NCBI RefSeq assembly: GCF_030013595.1
Contig: NZ_CP122768.1
Source of the DNA: Escherichia coli
GTDB taxonomy: Bacteria > Pseudomonadota > Gammaproteobacteria > Enterobacterales > Enterobacteriaceae
Length of the DNA stretch: 64,000 nt
Direction: 5' to 3' (one strand)
This document shows positions 21,396-32,326 of the stretch, piece after piece. How positions within the stretch are numbered: position 1 is the first letter of the stretch; every line of letters starts with the position of its first letter. Under the pieces are notes generated by a model that saw only the letters and a list, made by a program, of their open reading frames with translations, was not told the origin of the DNA and did no database searches. The position numbers and the translations under genes are program-made.

Positions 21396-22760
21396 GTGCG
21401 GAGAAATTGCCGGAGGGGTGGGTTGAGTGTGAATTATCCGAACTCGGTAACATTGTTACAGGGAAAACTCCCAGTACCAAGGAGCCTTCCAATTTTGGAG
21501 GCAGCATTCCTTTCATTAAACCAGGCGATCTTGATCTCGGTGGCTATATCATGAATACCGCCGATACTCTGACGGAGAAAGGGTTATCTCTTGTCCCCAC
21601 TCTTCCTGCCAATTCAGTCGTTGTGACGTGTATTGGAAATTTAGGAAAAGTTGGAATTACCGCTAAAAAATCAGCATCTAATCAACAAATAAATGCATTG
21701 ATCCCGTCAGAAAAGCTAAATGTAAAATTTGTTTATTACCAAATTTTAACATTAAAACCATGGTTAGAGTCTCAATCAGCAGCTACTACAATTGCGATTG
21801 TGAACAAGAGCAAATTTTCTCAGGCACCATTTAAATTCCCGTCGCTTGCCGAACAAAAAATCATCACTGAAAAACTCGATACGCTGCTGGCGCAGGTAGA
21901 CAGCACCAAAGCACGTCTTGAGCAAATCCCACAAATCCTGAATCGTTTTCGTCAGGCTATTCTAGCTAATGCTGTGGAAGGAAAATTGACCGACGAATGG
22001 CGAGCCGGAAAATGTTATATTACAGAAATCAAAAAATATCTGATATTATTCAGAATGCTCAAGTCGGATTAGTTCGTTCAGCTTCAGATCAAAGCGAAAT
22101 ATGCACTCAAAAAATGAGAACGCCTTACATAAAAATGAATAACATTCACAATGTTCTCGGAACAAATTTAGAAAAACTCGCTTATGTCAACTGTGATAGC
22201 TATGAACTGGAAAAATATAGATTAAAAAATGGAGATTGGCTCTTTAATACACGAAATAGTTATGAGTTAGTTGGTAAATCCTGTGTCTGGAATGGATGTA
22301 GCAATGCTGTATATAATAATAATATATTAAGAGTTAGACTAAAAGAAAACTACAATTCTGTTTTTTTAGATTATTGGTTTCACTCGTTCTATGGAGTGAG
22401 CATGCTTAATAGTATTAAATCCGCAACAACAAATGTTGCTGCGATATATCAGAAAGAACTCTTAAGTAAAAGTGTTCCATTCCCCCCCTTCCCGAACAAG
22501 CCGAGATTGTTCGCCGCGTCGAACAACTCTTCGCCTACGCCGACACCATAGAAAAACAGGTCAACAACGCCTTAGCCCGCGTTAACAACCTGACGCAATC
22601 CATCCTGGCAAAAGCGTTCCGTGGTGAACTCACCGCCCAGTGGCGGGCCGAAAACCCGGATTTAATCAGCGGAGAAAACAGCGCCGCCGCGTTGCTGGAA
22701 AAAATCAAAGCTGAACGCGCAGCCAGCGGGGGTAAAAAAGCCTCGCGTAAAAAATCCTGA
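21392..22760 (+). pseudogene. hsdS: type I specificity subunit HsdS, disrupted by two 1-bp homopolymer frameshifts; target-recognition domains differ from EcoKI
   Basis: three consecutive reading-frame pieces (21392..22072, 21997..22551, and a third frame to the TGA at 22758..22760); conserved central (LAEQKIITEKLDTLLAQVDSTKARLEQIPQIL) and C-terminal ([25 protein letters not shown]...) regions are recognisable. Confidence 0.8.
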
Positions 22761-22772
22761 TCATTATTTTCT

Positions 22773-22800
22773 GGCGCACCTTTCCGGTGCGCTTTTTATT
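22773..22800 (+). terminator. rho-independent terminator after hsdS
   Basis: hairpin ggcgcacc-tttcc-ggtgcgc followed by tttttatt. Confidence 0.6.
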
Positions 22801-22893
22801 ATTTTACGCCAATCATAACTCACGCAAATATATTTAAATCATTCCAGAAATTGCCTATTTTATTCTATTTTTAGCTGGACTTTCCCTGTATTT

Positions 22894-22911
22894 ACTGATG
22901 ATATATCCAGG
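22894..22911. promoter_or_regulatory. putative LexA box upstream of symE
   Basis: aCTGatgatatatcCAGg fits CTG-N10-CAG; symE is SOS-regulated. Confidence 0.35.
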
Positions 22912-22914
22912 TAT

Positions 22915-22995
22915 TTAGCGCGGTGCGGATGTGCGCCAACACACCCGCACCGCTCATCACAATCACTATTCCAGGAGAATAGCAGTTATGACTGA
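22915..22995 (-). ncRNA. symR: SymR antisense RNA (type I antitoxin) overlapping the symE 5' UTR and start codon; ends approximate
   Basis: established arrangement for symE; minus-strand TAAAAT -10-like hexamer at 23001..23006 and a hairpin (gcggtgcgg / ccgcaccgc) in the overlapped region. Confidence 0.4.
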
Positions 22996-23329
22996 CACGA
23001 ATTTTATTGCACAACCGTTCGAAGCAGAAGTCTCCCCGGCAAATAACCGTCAATTAACCGTGAGTTATGCGAGCCGCTACCCGGATTACAGCCGTATTCC
23101 CGCCATCACCCTGAAAGGTCAGTGGCTGGAAGCCGCCGGTTTTGCCACCGGCACGGCGGTAGATGTCAAAGTGATGGAAGGCTGTATTGTCCTCACCGCC
23201 CAACCCCCCGCCGCTGAAGAGAGCGAACTGATGCAGTCGCTGCGCCAGGTGTGCAAACTGTCGGCGCGTAAACAAAAGCAGGTGCAGGCGTTTATTGGAG
23301 TGATTGCCGGTAAACAGAAAGTCGCGTAA
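22988..23329 (+). CDS. symE: SOS-induced toxin SymE (AbrB-fold)
   Basis: 113 aa from [15 protein letters not shown] at 22988; position between hsdS and mcrB. Confidence 0.85.
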   Translation: MTDTNFIAQPFEAEVSPANNRQLTVSYASRYPDYSRIPAITLKGQWLEAAGFATGTAVDVKVMEGCIVLTAQPPAAEESELMQSLRQVCKLSARKQKQVQAFIGVIAGKQKVA

Positions 23330-23490
23330 CAGCGTTTACTCCCGGTTAACCACCGGGAGCCTTCCACTGACTCAATAGAAACTTTCCCCCTCAGTAAATA
23401 TTTACCTGCCTGATTGTGCAGTAAAAATCTATTGTTTCAGTACGTTGCGAAAGCGATAATAGAGGCTTAGCAATGAGGAAGGCACATCTT

Positions 23491-24870
23491 ATGGAATCAA
23501 TTCAAGCCTGGATTGAAAAATTTATTGAGCAAGCACAGCAACAAAGTTCACAATCCACTAAAGATTATCCAACGTCTTACCGTAACCTGCGAGTAAAAGT
23601 GAGTTTCGGTTATGGCAATTTTACATCTATTCCCTGGTTTGCATTTCTTGGAGAAGGTCAGGAAGTTTCTAACGGTATATATCCCGTTATTCTCTATTAT
23701 AAAGATTTTGATGAGTTGGTTTTGGCTTATGGTATAAGTGACACGAATAAACCACATGCACAATGGCACTTTTCTTCTGACATACCTAAAACAATCGCAG
23801 AGTATTTCCAGACAACTTCGGGTGTATATCCTAAAAAATACGGACAGTCCTATTACGCCTGTGCCCAAAAAGTCTCACAGGGTATTGATTACACCCGGTT
23901 TGCCTCTATGCTGGACAACATAATCAACGACTATAAATTAATATTTAATTCCGGCGAGAGTGTTATTCCACCTATGTCAAAAACTGAATCATACTGTCTG
24001 GAAGATGCGTTAAATGATTTGTTTATCCCTGAAACCACAATAGAGACGATACTCAAACGATTAACCATCAAAAAAAATATTATCCTCCAGGGGCCGCCCG
24101 GCGTTGGAAAAACCTTTGTTGCACGCCGTCTGGCTTACCTGCTGACAGGAGAGAAGGCTCCGCAACGCGTCAATATGGTTCAGTTCCATCAATCTTATAG
24201 CTATGAGGATTTTATACAGGGCTATCGTCCGAATGGTGTCGGCTTCCGACGTAAAGACGGTATATTTTACAATTTTTGTCAGCAAGCTAAAGAGCAGTCA
24301 GAGAAAAAGTATGTTTTTATTATAGATGAAATCAATCGAGCCAATCTCAGTAAAGTATTTGGCGAAGTGATGATGTTAATGGAACATGATAAACGAGGCG
24401 AAAACTGGTCTGTTCCCTTAACCTACTCCAAAAACGATGAAGAACGATTCTATGTTCCGGAGAATGTTTATATTATCGGTTTAATGAATACTGCCGATCG
24501 CTCTCTGGCCGTTGTTGATTATGCCCTGCGCAGACGATTTTCTTTCATAGATATTGAGCCAGGTTTTGATACGCCACAGTTCCGGAATTTTTTACTGAAT
24601 AAAAAAGCAGAACCTTCATTTGTTGAATCTTTATGCCAAACAATGAACGAGTTAAACCAGGAAATCAGCAAAGAGGCCACTATCCTTGGGAAAGGATTCC
24701 GCATTGGGCATAGTTACTTCTGCTCCGGGTTAGAAGATGGCACCTCTCCGGATACGCAATGGCTTAAGGAAATTGTGATGACGGATATCGCGCCTTTACT
24801 CGAAGAATATTTCTTTGATGACCCCTATAAACAACAGATATGGACCGACAGATTATTAGGTGACTCATAG
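23491..24870 (+). CDS. mcrB: McrB GTPase subunit of the 5-methylcytosine-specific restriction system
   Basis: 459 aa from MESIQAW at 23491; AAA+ GTPase motifs (LQGPPGVGKT). Confidence 0.9.
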   Translation: MESIQAWIEKFIEQAQQQSSQSTKDYPTSYRNLRVKVSFGYGNFTSIPWFAFLGEGQEVSNGIYPVILYYKDFDELVLAYGISDTNKPHAQWHFSSDIPKTIAEYFQTTSGVYPKKYGQSYYACAQKVSQGIDYTRFASMLDNIINDYKLIFNSGESVIPPMSKTESYCLEDALNDLFIPETTIETILKRLTIKKNIILQGPPGVGKTFVARRLAYLLTGEKAPQRVNMVQFHQSYSYEDFIQGYRPNGVGFRRKDGIFYNFCQQAKEQSEKKYVFIIDEINRANLSKVFGEVMMLMEHDKRGENWSVPLTYSKNDEERFYVPENVYIIGLMNTADRSLAVVDYALRRRFSFIDIEPGFDTPQFRNFLLNKKAEPSFVESLCQTMNELNQEISKEATILGKGFRIGHSYFCSGLEDGTSPDTQWLKEIVMTDIAPLLEEYFFDDPYKQQIWTDRLLGDS

Positions 24871-25916
24871 TGGAACAGCCCGTGATACCTGTCCGTAATA
24901 TCTATTACATGCTTACCTATGCATGGGGTTATTTACAGGAAATTAAGCAGGCAAACCTTGAAGCCATACCCGGTAACAATCTTCTTGATATCCTGGGGTA
25001 TGTATTAAATAAAGGGGTTTTACAGCTTTCACTCCGAGGGCTTGAGCTTGATTACAATCCTCATACCGGGATCATTCCTGGCATCAAAGGGCGAATAGAG
25101 TTTGCTAAAACAATACGCGGCTTCCATCTTAATCATGGGAAAACCGTCAGTACTTTTGATATGCTTAATGAAGACACGCTGGCTAACCGAATTATAAAAA
25201 GCACATTAGCCATGTTAATTAAGCATGAAAAATTAAATTCAACCATCAGAGATGAAGCTCGTTCACTTTATAGAAAATTACCGGGCATTAGCACTCTTCA
25301 TTTAACTCCGCAGCATTTCAGCTATCTGAACGGCGGAAAAAATACGCGTTATTATAAATTCGTTATCAGTGTCTGCAAATTCATCGTCAATAATTCTATT
25401 CCAGGTCAAAACAAAGGACATTATCGTTTCTATGATTTTGAAAGAAACGAAAAAGAGATGTCATTACTTTATCAAAAGTTTCTTTTTGAATTTTGCCGCC
25501 GTGAATTAACGTCTGCAAACACAACCCGCTCTTATTTAAAATGGAATGCATCAAGCATATCGGATCAGTCACTTAATTTGTTACCTCGAATGGAAACGGA
25601 CATCACCATTCGCTCATCAGAGAAAATACTTATCGTAGACGCAAAATACTATAAAAGCATTTTTTCACGACGAATGGGCTCAGAAAAATTTCATTCTCAA
25701 AATCTTTATCAACTGATGAATTACTTATGGTCGTTAAAGCCTGAAAATGGCGAAAACATAGGGGGGTTATTAATATACCCCCACGTAGACACCGCAGTGA
25801 AACATCGTTATAAAATTAATGGCTTCGATATTGGCTTGTGTACCATCAATTTAGGTCAGGAATGGCCGTGTATACATCAAGAATTACTCGACATTTTCGA
25901 TGAATATCTCAAATAA
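24870..25916 (+). CDS. mcrC: McrC nuclease subunit
   Basis: 348-aa ORF, GTG start overlapping the mcrB stop by 1 nt. Confidence 0.9.
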   Translation: MEQPVIPVRNIYYMLTYAWGYLQEIKQANLEAIPGNNLLDILGYVLNKGVLQLSLRGLELDYNPHTGIIPGIKGRIEFAKTIRGFHLNHGKTVSTFDMLNEDTLANRIIKSTLAMLIKHEKLNSTIRDEARSLYRKLPGISTLHLTPQHFSYLNGGKNTRYYKFVISVCKFIVNNSIPGQNKGHYRFYDFERNEKEMSLLYQKFLFEFCRRELTSANTTRSYLKWNASSISDQSLNLLPRMETDITIRSSEKILIVDAKYYKSIFSRRMGSEKFHSQNLYQLMNYLWSLKPENGENIGGLLIYPHVDTAVKHRYKINGFDIGLCTINLGQEWPCIHQELLDIFDEYLK

Positions 25917-25938
25917 GCGGTAAGTTTTATAGAAAATA

Positions 25939-25965
25939 CCGCTCCCGACACGACGTCGGGAGCGG
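25939..25965. terminator. bidirectional stem-loop between convergent mcrC and the large helicase gene
   Basis: perfect 11-bp inverted repeat ccgctcccgac / gtcgggagcgg. Confidence 0.55.
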
Positions 25966-25972
25966 CACATCA

Positions 25973-28900
25973 TCAGGAGGCGAGCACCTCCACCAGCACA
26001 TCCGTTGCCCAGCTCTCTTCACTGTTGACCACATTCCCTTCCTGACAAGCTTGATCCATTTTGACTAACTGGAAAGAAACGTCATCGCGGAAGTCAAAGT
26101 AATGCCATTGCGATGCAAAGTTGATACGCCAGTAGCCCATCCCCTGATCGAAGCGGATCTTCAATACCTGACCATCCTCAAAAGTCACCGTCAGTTTACG
26201 ATGGTGAGGGATATCGCGCGGCGAGTCGAACACCGCCAGTTCTACCGGCCTGCCCAGCGCAGCTGCAAACCACTGATCAGCGAAATCCTGAAAATCCGCT
26301 ATGCTCATCCAGTCATGAAAAGGCCGGTTACCGGGGCGATCTTTATCTTTAAACAGCGTATCCAGCGTCACTTCAGCGCCATCGGTCAGCTTTGTTTTTA
26401 GCGGTCTCAGAATTGATCCCAACAACGCCAGCGCAACCGGGTTTTGCAGATAGCGATCGGTATAGTGAACGCCGGTAATTCGCGTATTTTTCATCAGTGA
26501 CTGCGCTTCTTCATGGTCGTTAAACAGCACGTCCCAGAAGCGTTGCCCAAACTGCGACAACGGTCCATTCAACTGTTTGTGGATCTGGATGTCTTTGACC
26601 CGCTCGACAGCGTTGGCGGCTTTAGCTGGCAGAATAAACTCGCTCAGTTCTACCGTTTTATAACCGAGGCTACGCACTACCAGTTCGTCATTCAGGTGCC
26701 ACTCCGGCCCCGGAATCGTTGCCTGCTGACTGCGAGAGGCCAGCGTCATCACGCGATCGGCAAAGGTAACCTGGGCAACAATCGGTAATTGCAGATCCTG
26801 TTCAACATGGCACAGTCGCACACCCAGCGCAGTAAATTGCGATAGTTCATGCAACAGGTCCGGATCATCCACTCCCGCAGGAATAACAAGATCGACCTCG
26901 ACGTTGTCTTTTAGCCGATAGCTCTGAATAGCCGCGCGGAACTGACGGGCGTATAAATCCCACTCATTGGGCGCGCCAGTCATCCACAGGGTGAGCTTTT
27001 CAGCGCCTTCGTTAATCGCCCGGCGAATCGTATCGCCAATAGCGCCAGGGCAGTAGCGGGCATCCGGCAGCGAGAATGTCTCTTCATCCGGTAAACCGAT
27101 GTAATACGTGAAGTCATCGCCAAGCCAGGCCAGCGCCGCTTTGCGATCCAGCAAATCATGATCGTGGCGAGTCTGGGAATCAAGCAGGCATTCACTGCAT
27201 GCAGTATCACAATGGCGGCAGCCTAACTGTTTCACCATTCCCTGCAAAATAGCTTCAATGTGTACCGGTGCGCTGGAGGCAAAACCTGCACCACCGCTGA
27301 TCACATCATAAAGCTGTACGGCTAATACCGATTGCCCATCCTCCAGTCTGACCGGACGTACAGAATAGCCGAGTTCTGCGGTGGAGATACCCAGAACGCC
27401 CGCCAGCGCCTGACGCAGAGCAACCGCCAGAGTCATGGCGACAATCCGCCCCTCTTCTGTGTTATCTGGCAGATACTCGCCATTTTGTGGTTTGCGCAGA
27501 ACCATTTCAAAGACATCGGTGCGCGCCAGTGCGCCCAGGGTGACTTTCTTCACGAGTGCCGTCGAACCTGGGCAAATCAGACGATGATTCTGGCTGTCGC
27601 GGTCCGCTTTACCCGGACGCGGTGGATAGTGAGCTTCCATACTTTTCGGCGCATCATTTTCATTCAGCATCGACTCCGCACGGCCACAGCTCAGACACAA
27701 TGCATAACCGTGTCCACCTTCCCCCAGACTTTGCTGGAAAACATGCCCATCAGCCCCAGAAGCCATATAACCCATTAGCGGGTTAGGCAACGGTACGGGC
27801 TCTGCTTTAACAAAGACCCACGCGGGGACAACCGGGACGAATTTCATGGTTTCAATATTGTTCGTTACCGGAGCATGTGCATCGGTAACAAACCCGGCAG
27901 GCTGCAGCACCTGACGGCGATTATCCAGGATGATTTTTTCGCCGCAGGCGCTGTTGGAGCAAAAGAGCATCCCGGAACTGCTCATCCCCTCTTCATAGCC
28001 AATGGTCCCGCATTTATGACAGCGCCAGGCGCAATCCAGACGCTGGGCTTCATTGGTATCAGCATTAATGTTGTGCCAGTGCAGTGAGACACCGGCAGAG
28101 CGGAAGACACGGCCATCAAGAATGATCTCTGCTCCCGGTGCATATTCACGAATGGCAACACCGAGGTTACGGGAAGGTAATCCTTTATAACGGGAGACGT
28201 TATCTTCACGGTCCTTTTTATCACGACTTTTCTGCGATTTTTCGCGGATATAATCTTCCATCGTGAAGTTATCAAACGTCACTACATCTGTCGGGAAACC
28301 GTATCCCGGCAGGAAGGTTCTGGCAGCCAGATCGCGCAGCAGATACTCGCCACAGTGCCGTTTCTTCTCCAGCTCTATGCGCTTACGATAAGGCGTTTGC
28401 GGCTGCGACTCACGCTCCTGGGTCACGAGATCGCGATAAACGGAGAGCCACCGCTGTTGCAGGAAGGTGATCGCGTTGATTGTTTTGTCCCGCAGATGTT
28501 CGGCTCTTGCGCCATGCAATGCCGTACCTTTCACCAGCCGTTCCAGCGCCGTGTCGATATCAAGAACAGAGCGTTCCAGCCAGACTTTGAAGCGTTCGCA
28601 TTTTGACTCCCCGTCATCTTCACCGAAAAACCAGAGGCTATCGAGGCTGGTTTTCTCTTTATCGGTTTCGCCAATAACGTTACATAAAAAGTCGGACAGT
28701 AATAATGCATTGACGTGACGTTGCACCAGTCGGGCGGAGTTCATCGCGACCATGGGTGCCGGGATCATGGTTTCAAACGGCCAGAGTGGGTTGGCAAAAA
28801 CCTGTTGGTCGTGTGGGTTACCCTTACATAGGGTGTAAGAGATCGCGCGCGATTCTTTACTACGCCCGGCTCGCCCGGCGCGCTGTAAATAGTTGGCCGG

Positions 28901-31900
28901 ATGTGGCGGTACGTTGTTCATTACCACCGCAGTAATGCCCCCGATATCAACCCCCATTTCCATGGTGGTGGAACAGTTGAGAACATTTAGTTGCCCATTC
29001 TTGAACATCTTTTCATAGCTTTGCAGACGTTCTGACGACTGCTGGGCAGAGTGCTCGGCAGTGCGATAGTAGAAACCGCCTTCCACGACACGATCGTTGA
29101 TGTCTGTCCAGACGTTTTCCGACCGCAATTGTGCGATCAGCGGATCATTGCTGACCCAGTCGCGTGCTTTTGCCAGACCCTCTGCGTAGTCTTCCTGTGA
29201 ACGATCCAGCTTCCAGATTTCCGGCATGGTGACTTTCTGCGCGACAAAAGTGTCATATTGCGCCTGGGTAAGATGCTCGAACGAAATATGGGTAGGCAGA
29301 TAAGGGGTTAAGCCTTTAAAAGCCGTATCCAGGATTTTATTGGTTACCGGGCAAATCCAGGCATCCGTGATTAAAGAAAAAGTCATATGCTCTTTCGGTA
29401 AATAAAAACGGTTGCCATCGGGTTTCAGTACTGCAAGCGGTCCGGTAAGTTGGGCCCATGCTTCTTTCAGCCATGTATTGATAATATCAATAGTCGCCGT
29501 ATTGACGGTTTTGAATCCAGCCCCCAGCATCAGTAACTTCGCTAAACGATGGGATACGTTGCCATTACGAATTTGAGGCCAGCGTCTGTTCTGATTATCT
29601 TCAGGATCTTTTGATTCCGGGTTACGGACGAATTTTGATGAAAAACGGCTACCAATCCAGTTTTTCAGCTCATCATCCAGCTGTGTGAAGTTGCTTTCGC
29701 GAACATAAAGATCCAACGTAACCTTGAGAAAATCGCGCCAGTCATCCAGCGTTAATCCTTTTTCCTGCCAGTGCAAGGGGCTCTTATGTATTTTCTCCAG
29801 CCCCTGGTAACCAACCTGAACCAGCCCCTGTGTTTCCAGGCTGTTAGTCCGTTTAGGGCGACGCATGAATTCCCGGAACAACAACATTTCCGAAAGCTTT
29901 AGTGGCCCGCCGTTTTTATTAAACACTTCAGGCTGCAAATAGTGGTTATATTTCAGTACCGGGCCACGGATATCGGCTTTATCTTTAAGCTCGTTAACCA
30001 TTTCTGTCCAGGTGCGGGATACCAGGGTAGTTGCTGCTTTTCCACCGGTTGCAGCCTGATAAGCCTGTTCAAGCTGTTCAGCCTGCGCTTGTGACAATTT
30101 CGCCTGGTCTGGCATTCCCCAGCTTCGATATTCTTCTGCCTGCTCACGGGCTTGCTTCGCCCTGGCCGCTAATTTTTCCAGATCGGCATTGGCATTCGGC
30201 GCCGTGGACGTTTGCGTCCGTTGATGCCAGCTCAGAATTTCGACTACGCTTCCGCGTAAGAGACTGCGTTCTGCTTCTTGCTGCATACGCACCGCCATTC
30301 GAGCTGTACCTTGTCGACTGTCCGTAAAGGTAATGAGTCGACGTCCTCGCCCTGGCAACGAATCTGGTCCGACGCCCTCTTTGCCTTCATCACTGGTAAA
30401 GTCCTGACAATACTCAAGAACGGTAGGCACGATGTTAGTAACGTAAAATGGCCCACCTAATAATGCACGCCGGAAGGGTTGTTTCCCACTCATGCCTCGG
30501 TAGCCACAGCCGCTGGCGCTACAAACCTTTTTATCATTAATAATCAGCGGAATGCTGTCATTATTAATAACGCCAATACGGCGCGTCTGACGGTCGAGGC
30601 GTTGTAGGGTATAGCCTGTCTCGCTGGTCTCTCCTGCGGCAATAATCAACGGAGGCAGGAAACCGTTCTCTTTTTCGACTTTTTCCTCTGTAGTGTCATG
30701 TTCAACAGGTACTTCATCCTGCAAGGAGAACTCATCGCCACCTTTATTTTCCCATTGGACAAGTTTGCCCTTTTTGTCCTGCGCCAGAAGATGAGGCTCA
30801 TTACAATCATTACAGAACGCCACTTCGTAGACAGGGCTTCCACAGTCGCAATTTTGTCGCTGGTTCACATACACATAGCCAAAGGGCCAGCCTTTTTCGA
30901 GCGGTGTACCGTGCTTTAATCTGCAATCTTTATCAACACAAGCCCATATTCCTTGGGTATTACGCTGGAAGATATGCGCCCTGACTTTAAGAAATGCGGG
31001 ATCCTTTGCATTAGGTTGAGTCCCTGAACAGACATCGATCCAACGCAGTACTTCCTGCTGGCTGTAATGCTGTTTTGTCAGCGCATTTAACCGCTGCGTC
31101 ATCTCATCCAGTTTCATTGGATTAGGTTGGCTAACCAACATTTCACGTATGTAACGCGCTTCGGGGGAGTGCGTAAGCGCATAAAAGCGCTCAGGACTTA
31201 TCCCTTTAATTTTATTATCATTTTTATCTTTTAGATCCAGATCAGGTATTTGCTCTATTTCGTCTAACGGAACAGAAACGTTTTTGGATGGTTCCAGTTC
31301 AGGAATCACCCGACTTCCGTCCAGAACATCGATGCGCTCCTGCGGGATACCGGATAATTCAGAGAGAAATTTTTTCAGCTGTTTTTCGGCGTCGCTGCCG
31401 GCAATGGTCGCAGAGGTCGCTACAAAGCGCACATCATCTGGCGTCACGCCAAACGCTGTCATCACACGACGCAGCTGGAGTGCCAGTTCAGCGGCCTGCG
31501 ACCCGACATAGGTATGCGCTTCATCCAGTACAATCCAGCGTAGTGATTTTTGTGCTTTGGATTGCTGGATAATCGGGGCGTCGACCTGGCGAACCATCAT
31601 ATATTCCAGCATCGTGCCGTTGGTCACCAGAATCGGGGCAGGCTCCAGACGCATCTTTTCACGGGATAAGACTTCATTTGGTCTATTATCCTGCACTGTT
31701 TTCATTTTTGCGTGGAGCTCTTCTGTATTTCCGTTATACAAGCAGTAGCGGATCCCAGTACCAAAACCACGCGTCCAGGCATCCAGACGCTCGCGCTGTG
31801 AATTAATCAAGGCGTTCAATGGATAGAGAAAAAGGGCTCGGACACCAACCAACGGATTGTTGCCATTTTCATGCAGTTCCCGGTAAAGATCTTCCAGCAC

Positions 31901-32314
31901 CGGAACCATAAAACATTCCGTTTTACCTGAACCCGTACCACTGGTTACCACCACTGAATGTTTCTTTTCCAGCAAAGCTTTCCAACTGGCTAACTGGTGT
32001 GTAAAAGGCTTCCAGTCAGCACCAAATCGGTACCGGCCATTACTCTGATTATCCAGTGAATCAACCACTGCTTTGCTCAACAATGCGTTGCCTTCCGTCA
32101 GACTGCGCATCGTGTGGTTTGACTCCTTCCAGCCAAACATTTGCTGGAATACCGGAGAAGCAAGGAATGAGCCCGGTTTCCCACAATCAGCCCCCATTTG
32201 TTGCGCGAGATGTTCACGCAGCTGCGGGTTGGTTACGCCCATGATACTGAGCGTTGCTTCAGTTGAACGAGACAACGATTGTTCAATAAGTGACGAAAAA
32301 TAGCGTGTAGTCAT
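25973..32314 (-). CDS. 2113-aa DEAD/DEAH-box helicase with Cys-rich zinc-ribbon-like modules (DruE-like defence helicase; inferred)
   Basis: Walker A SGTGSGKT (31919..31945), DEAH (31514..31525), SAT motif, helicase motif V MEMGVDIG and [10 protein letters not shown] (28862..28885), Cys clusters [45 protein letters not shown] before the ATG. Confidence 0.85.
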   Translation of the reverse strand: MTTRYFSSLIEQSLSRSTEATLSIMGVTNPQLREHLAQQMGADCGKPGSFLASPVFQQMFGWKESNHTMRSLTEGNALLSKAVVDSLDNQSNGRYRFGADWKPFTHQLASWKALLEKKHSVVVTSGTGSGKTECFMVPVLEDLYRELHENGNNPLVGVRALFLYPLNALINSQRERLDAWTRGFGTGIRYCLYNGNTEELHAKMKTVQDNRPNEVLSREKMRLEPAPILVTNGTMLEYMMVRQVDAPIIQQSKAQKSLRWIVLDEAHTYVGSQAAELALQLRRVMTAFGVTPDDVRFVATSATIAGSDAEKQLKKFLSELSGIPQERIDVLDGSRVIPELEPSKNVSVPLDEIEQIPDLDLKDKNDNKIKGISPERFYALTHSPEARYIREMLVSQPNPMKLDEMTQRLNALTKQHYSQQEVLRWIDVCSGTQPNAKDPAFLKVRAHIFQRNTQGIWACVDKDCRLKHGTPLEKGWPFGYVYVNQRQNCDCGSPVYEVAFCNDCNEPHLLAQDKKGKLVQWENKGGDEFSLQDEVPVEHDTTEEKVEKENGFLPPLIIAAGETSETGYTLQRLDRQTRRIGVINNDSIPLIINDKKVCSASGCGYRGMSGKQPFRRALLGGPFYVTNIVPTVLEYCQDFTSDEGKEGVGPDSLPGRGRRLITFTDSRQGTARMAVRMQQEAERSLLRGSVVEILSWHQRTQTSTAPNANADLEKLAARAKQAREQAEEYRSWGMPDQAKLSQAQAEQLEQAYQAATGGKAATTLVSRTWTEMVNELKDKADIRGPVLKYNHYLQPEVFNKNGGPLKLSEMLLFREFMRRPKRTNSLETQGLVQVGYQGLEKIHKSPLHWQEKGLTLDDWRDFLKVTLDLYVRESNFTQLDDELKNWIGSRFSSKFVRNPESKDPEDNQNRRWPQIRNGNVSHRLAKLLMLGAGFKTVNTATIDIINTWLKEAWAQLTGPLAVLKPDGNRFYLPKEHMTFSLITDAWICPVTNKILDTAFKGLTPYLPTHISFEHLTQAQYDTFVAQKVTMPEIWKLDRSQEDYAEGLAKARDWVSNDPLIAQLRSENVWTDINDRVVEGGFYYRTAEHSAQQSSERLQSYEKMFKNGQLNVLNCSTTMEMGVDIGGITAVVMNNVPPHPANYLQRAGRAGRSKESRAISYTLCKGNPHDQQVFANPLWPFETMIPAPMVAMNSARLVQRHVNALLLSDFLCNVIGETDKEKTSLDSLWFFGEDDGESKCERFKVWLERSVLDIDTALERLVKGTALHGARAEHLRDKTINAITFLQQRWLSVYRDLVTQERESQPQTPYRKRIELEKKRHCGEYLLRDLAARTFLPGYGFPTDVVTFDNFTMEDYIREKSQKSRDKKDREDNVSRYKGLPSRNLGVAIREYAPGAEIILDGRVFRSAGVSLHWHNINADTNEAQRLDCAWRCHKCGTIGYEEGMSSSGMLFCSNSACGEKIILDNRRQVLQPAGFVTDAHAPVTNNIETMKFVPVVPAWVFVKAEPVPLPNPLMGYMASGADGHVFQQSLGEGGHGYALCLSCGRAESMLNENDAPKSMEAHYPPRPGKADRDSQNHRLICPGSTALVKKVTLGALARTDVFEMVLRKPQNGEYLPDNTEEGRIVAMTLAVALRQALAGVLGISTAELGYSVRPVRLEDGQSVLAVQLYDVISGGAGFASSAPVHIEAILQGMVKQLGCRHCDTACSECLLDSQTRHDHDLLDRKAALAWLGDDFTYYIGLPDEETFSLPDARYCPGAIGDTIRRAINEGAEKLTLWMTGAPNEWDLYARQFRAAIQSYRLKDNVEVDLVIPAGVDDPDLLHELSQFTALGVRLCHVEQDLQLPIVAQVTFADRVMTLASRSQQATIPGPEWHLNDELVVRSLGYKTVELSEFILPAKAANAVERVKDIQIHKQLNGPLSQFGQRFWDVLFNDHEEAQSLMKNTRITGVHYTDRYLQNPVALALLGSILRPLKTKLTDGAEVTLDTLFKDKDRPGNRPFHDWMSIADFQDFADQWFAAALGRPVELAVFDSPRDIPHHRKLTVTFEDGQVLKIRFDQGMGYWRINFASQWHYFDFRDDVSFQLVKMDQACQEGNVVNSEESWATDVLVEVLAS

Positions 32315-32326
32315 CCTTATTCCTTT

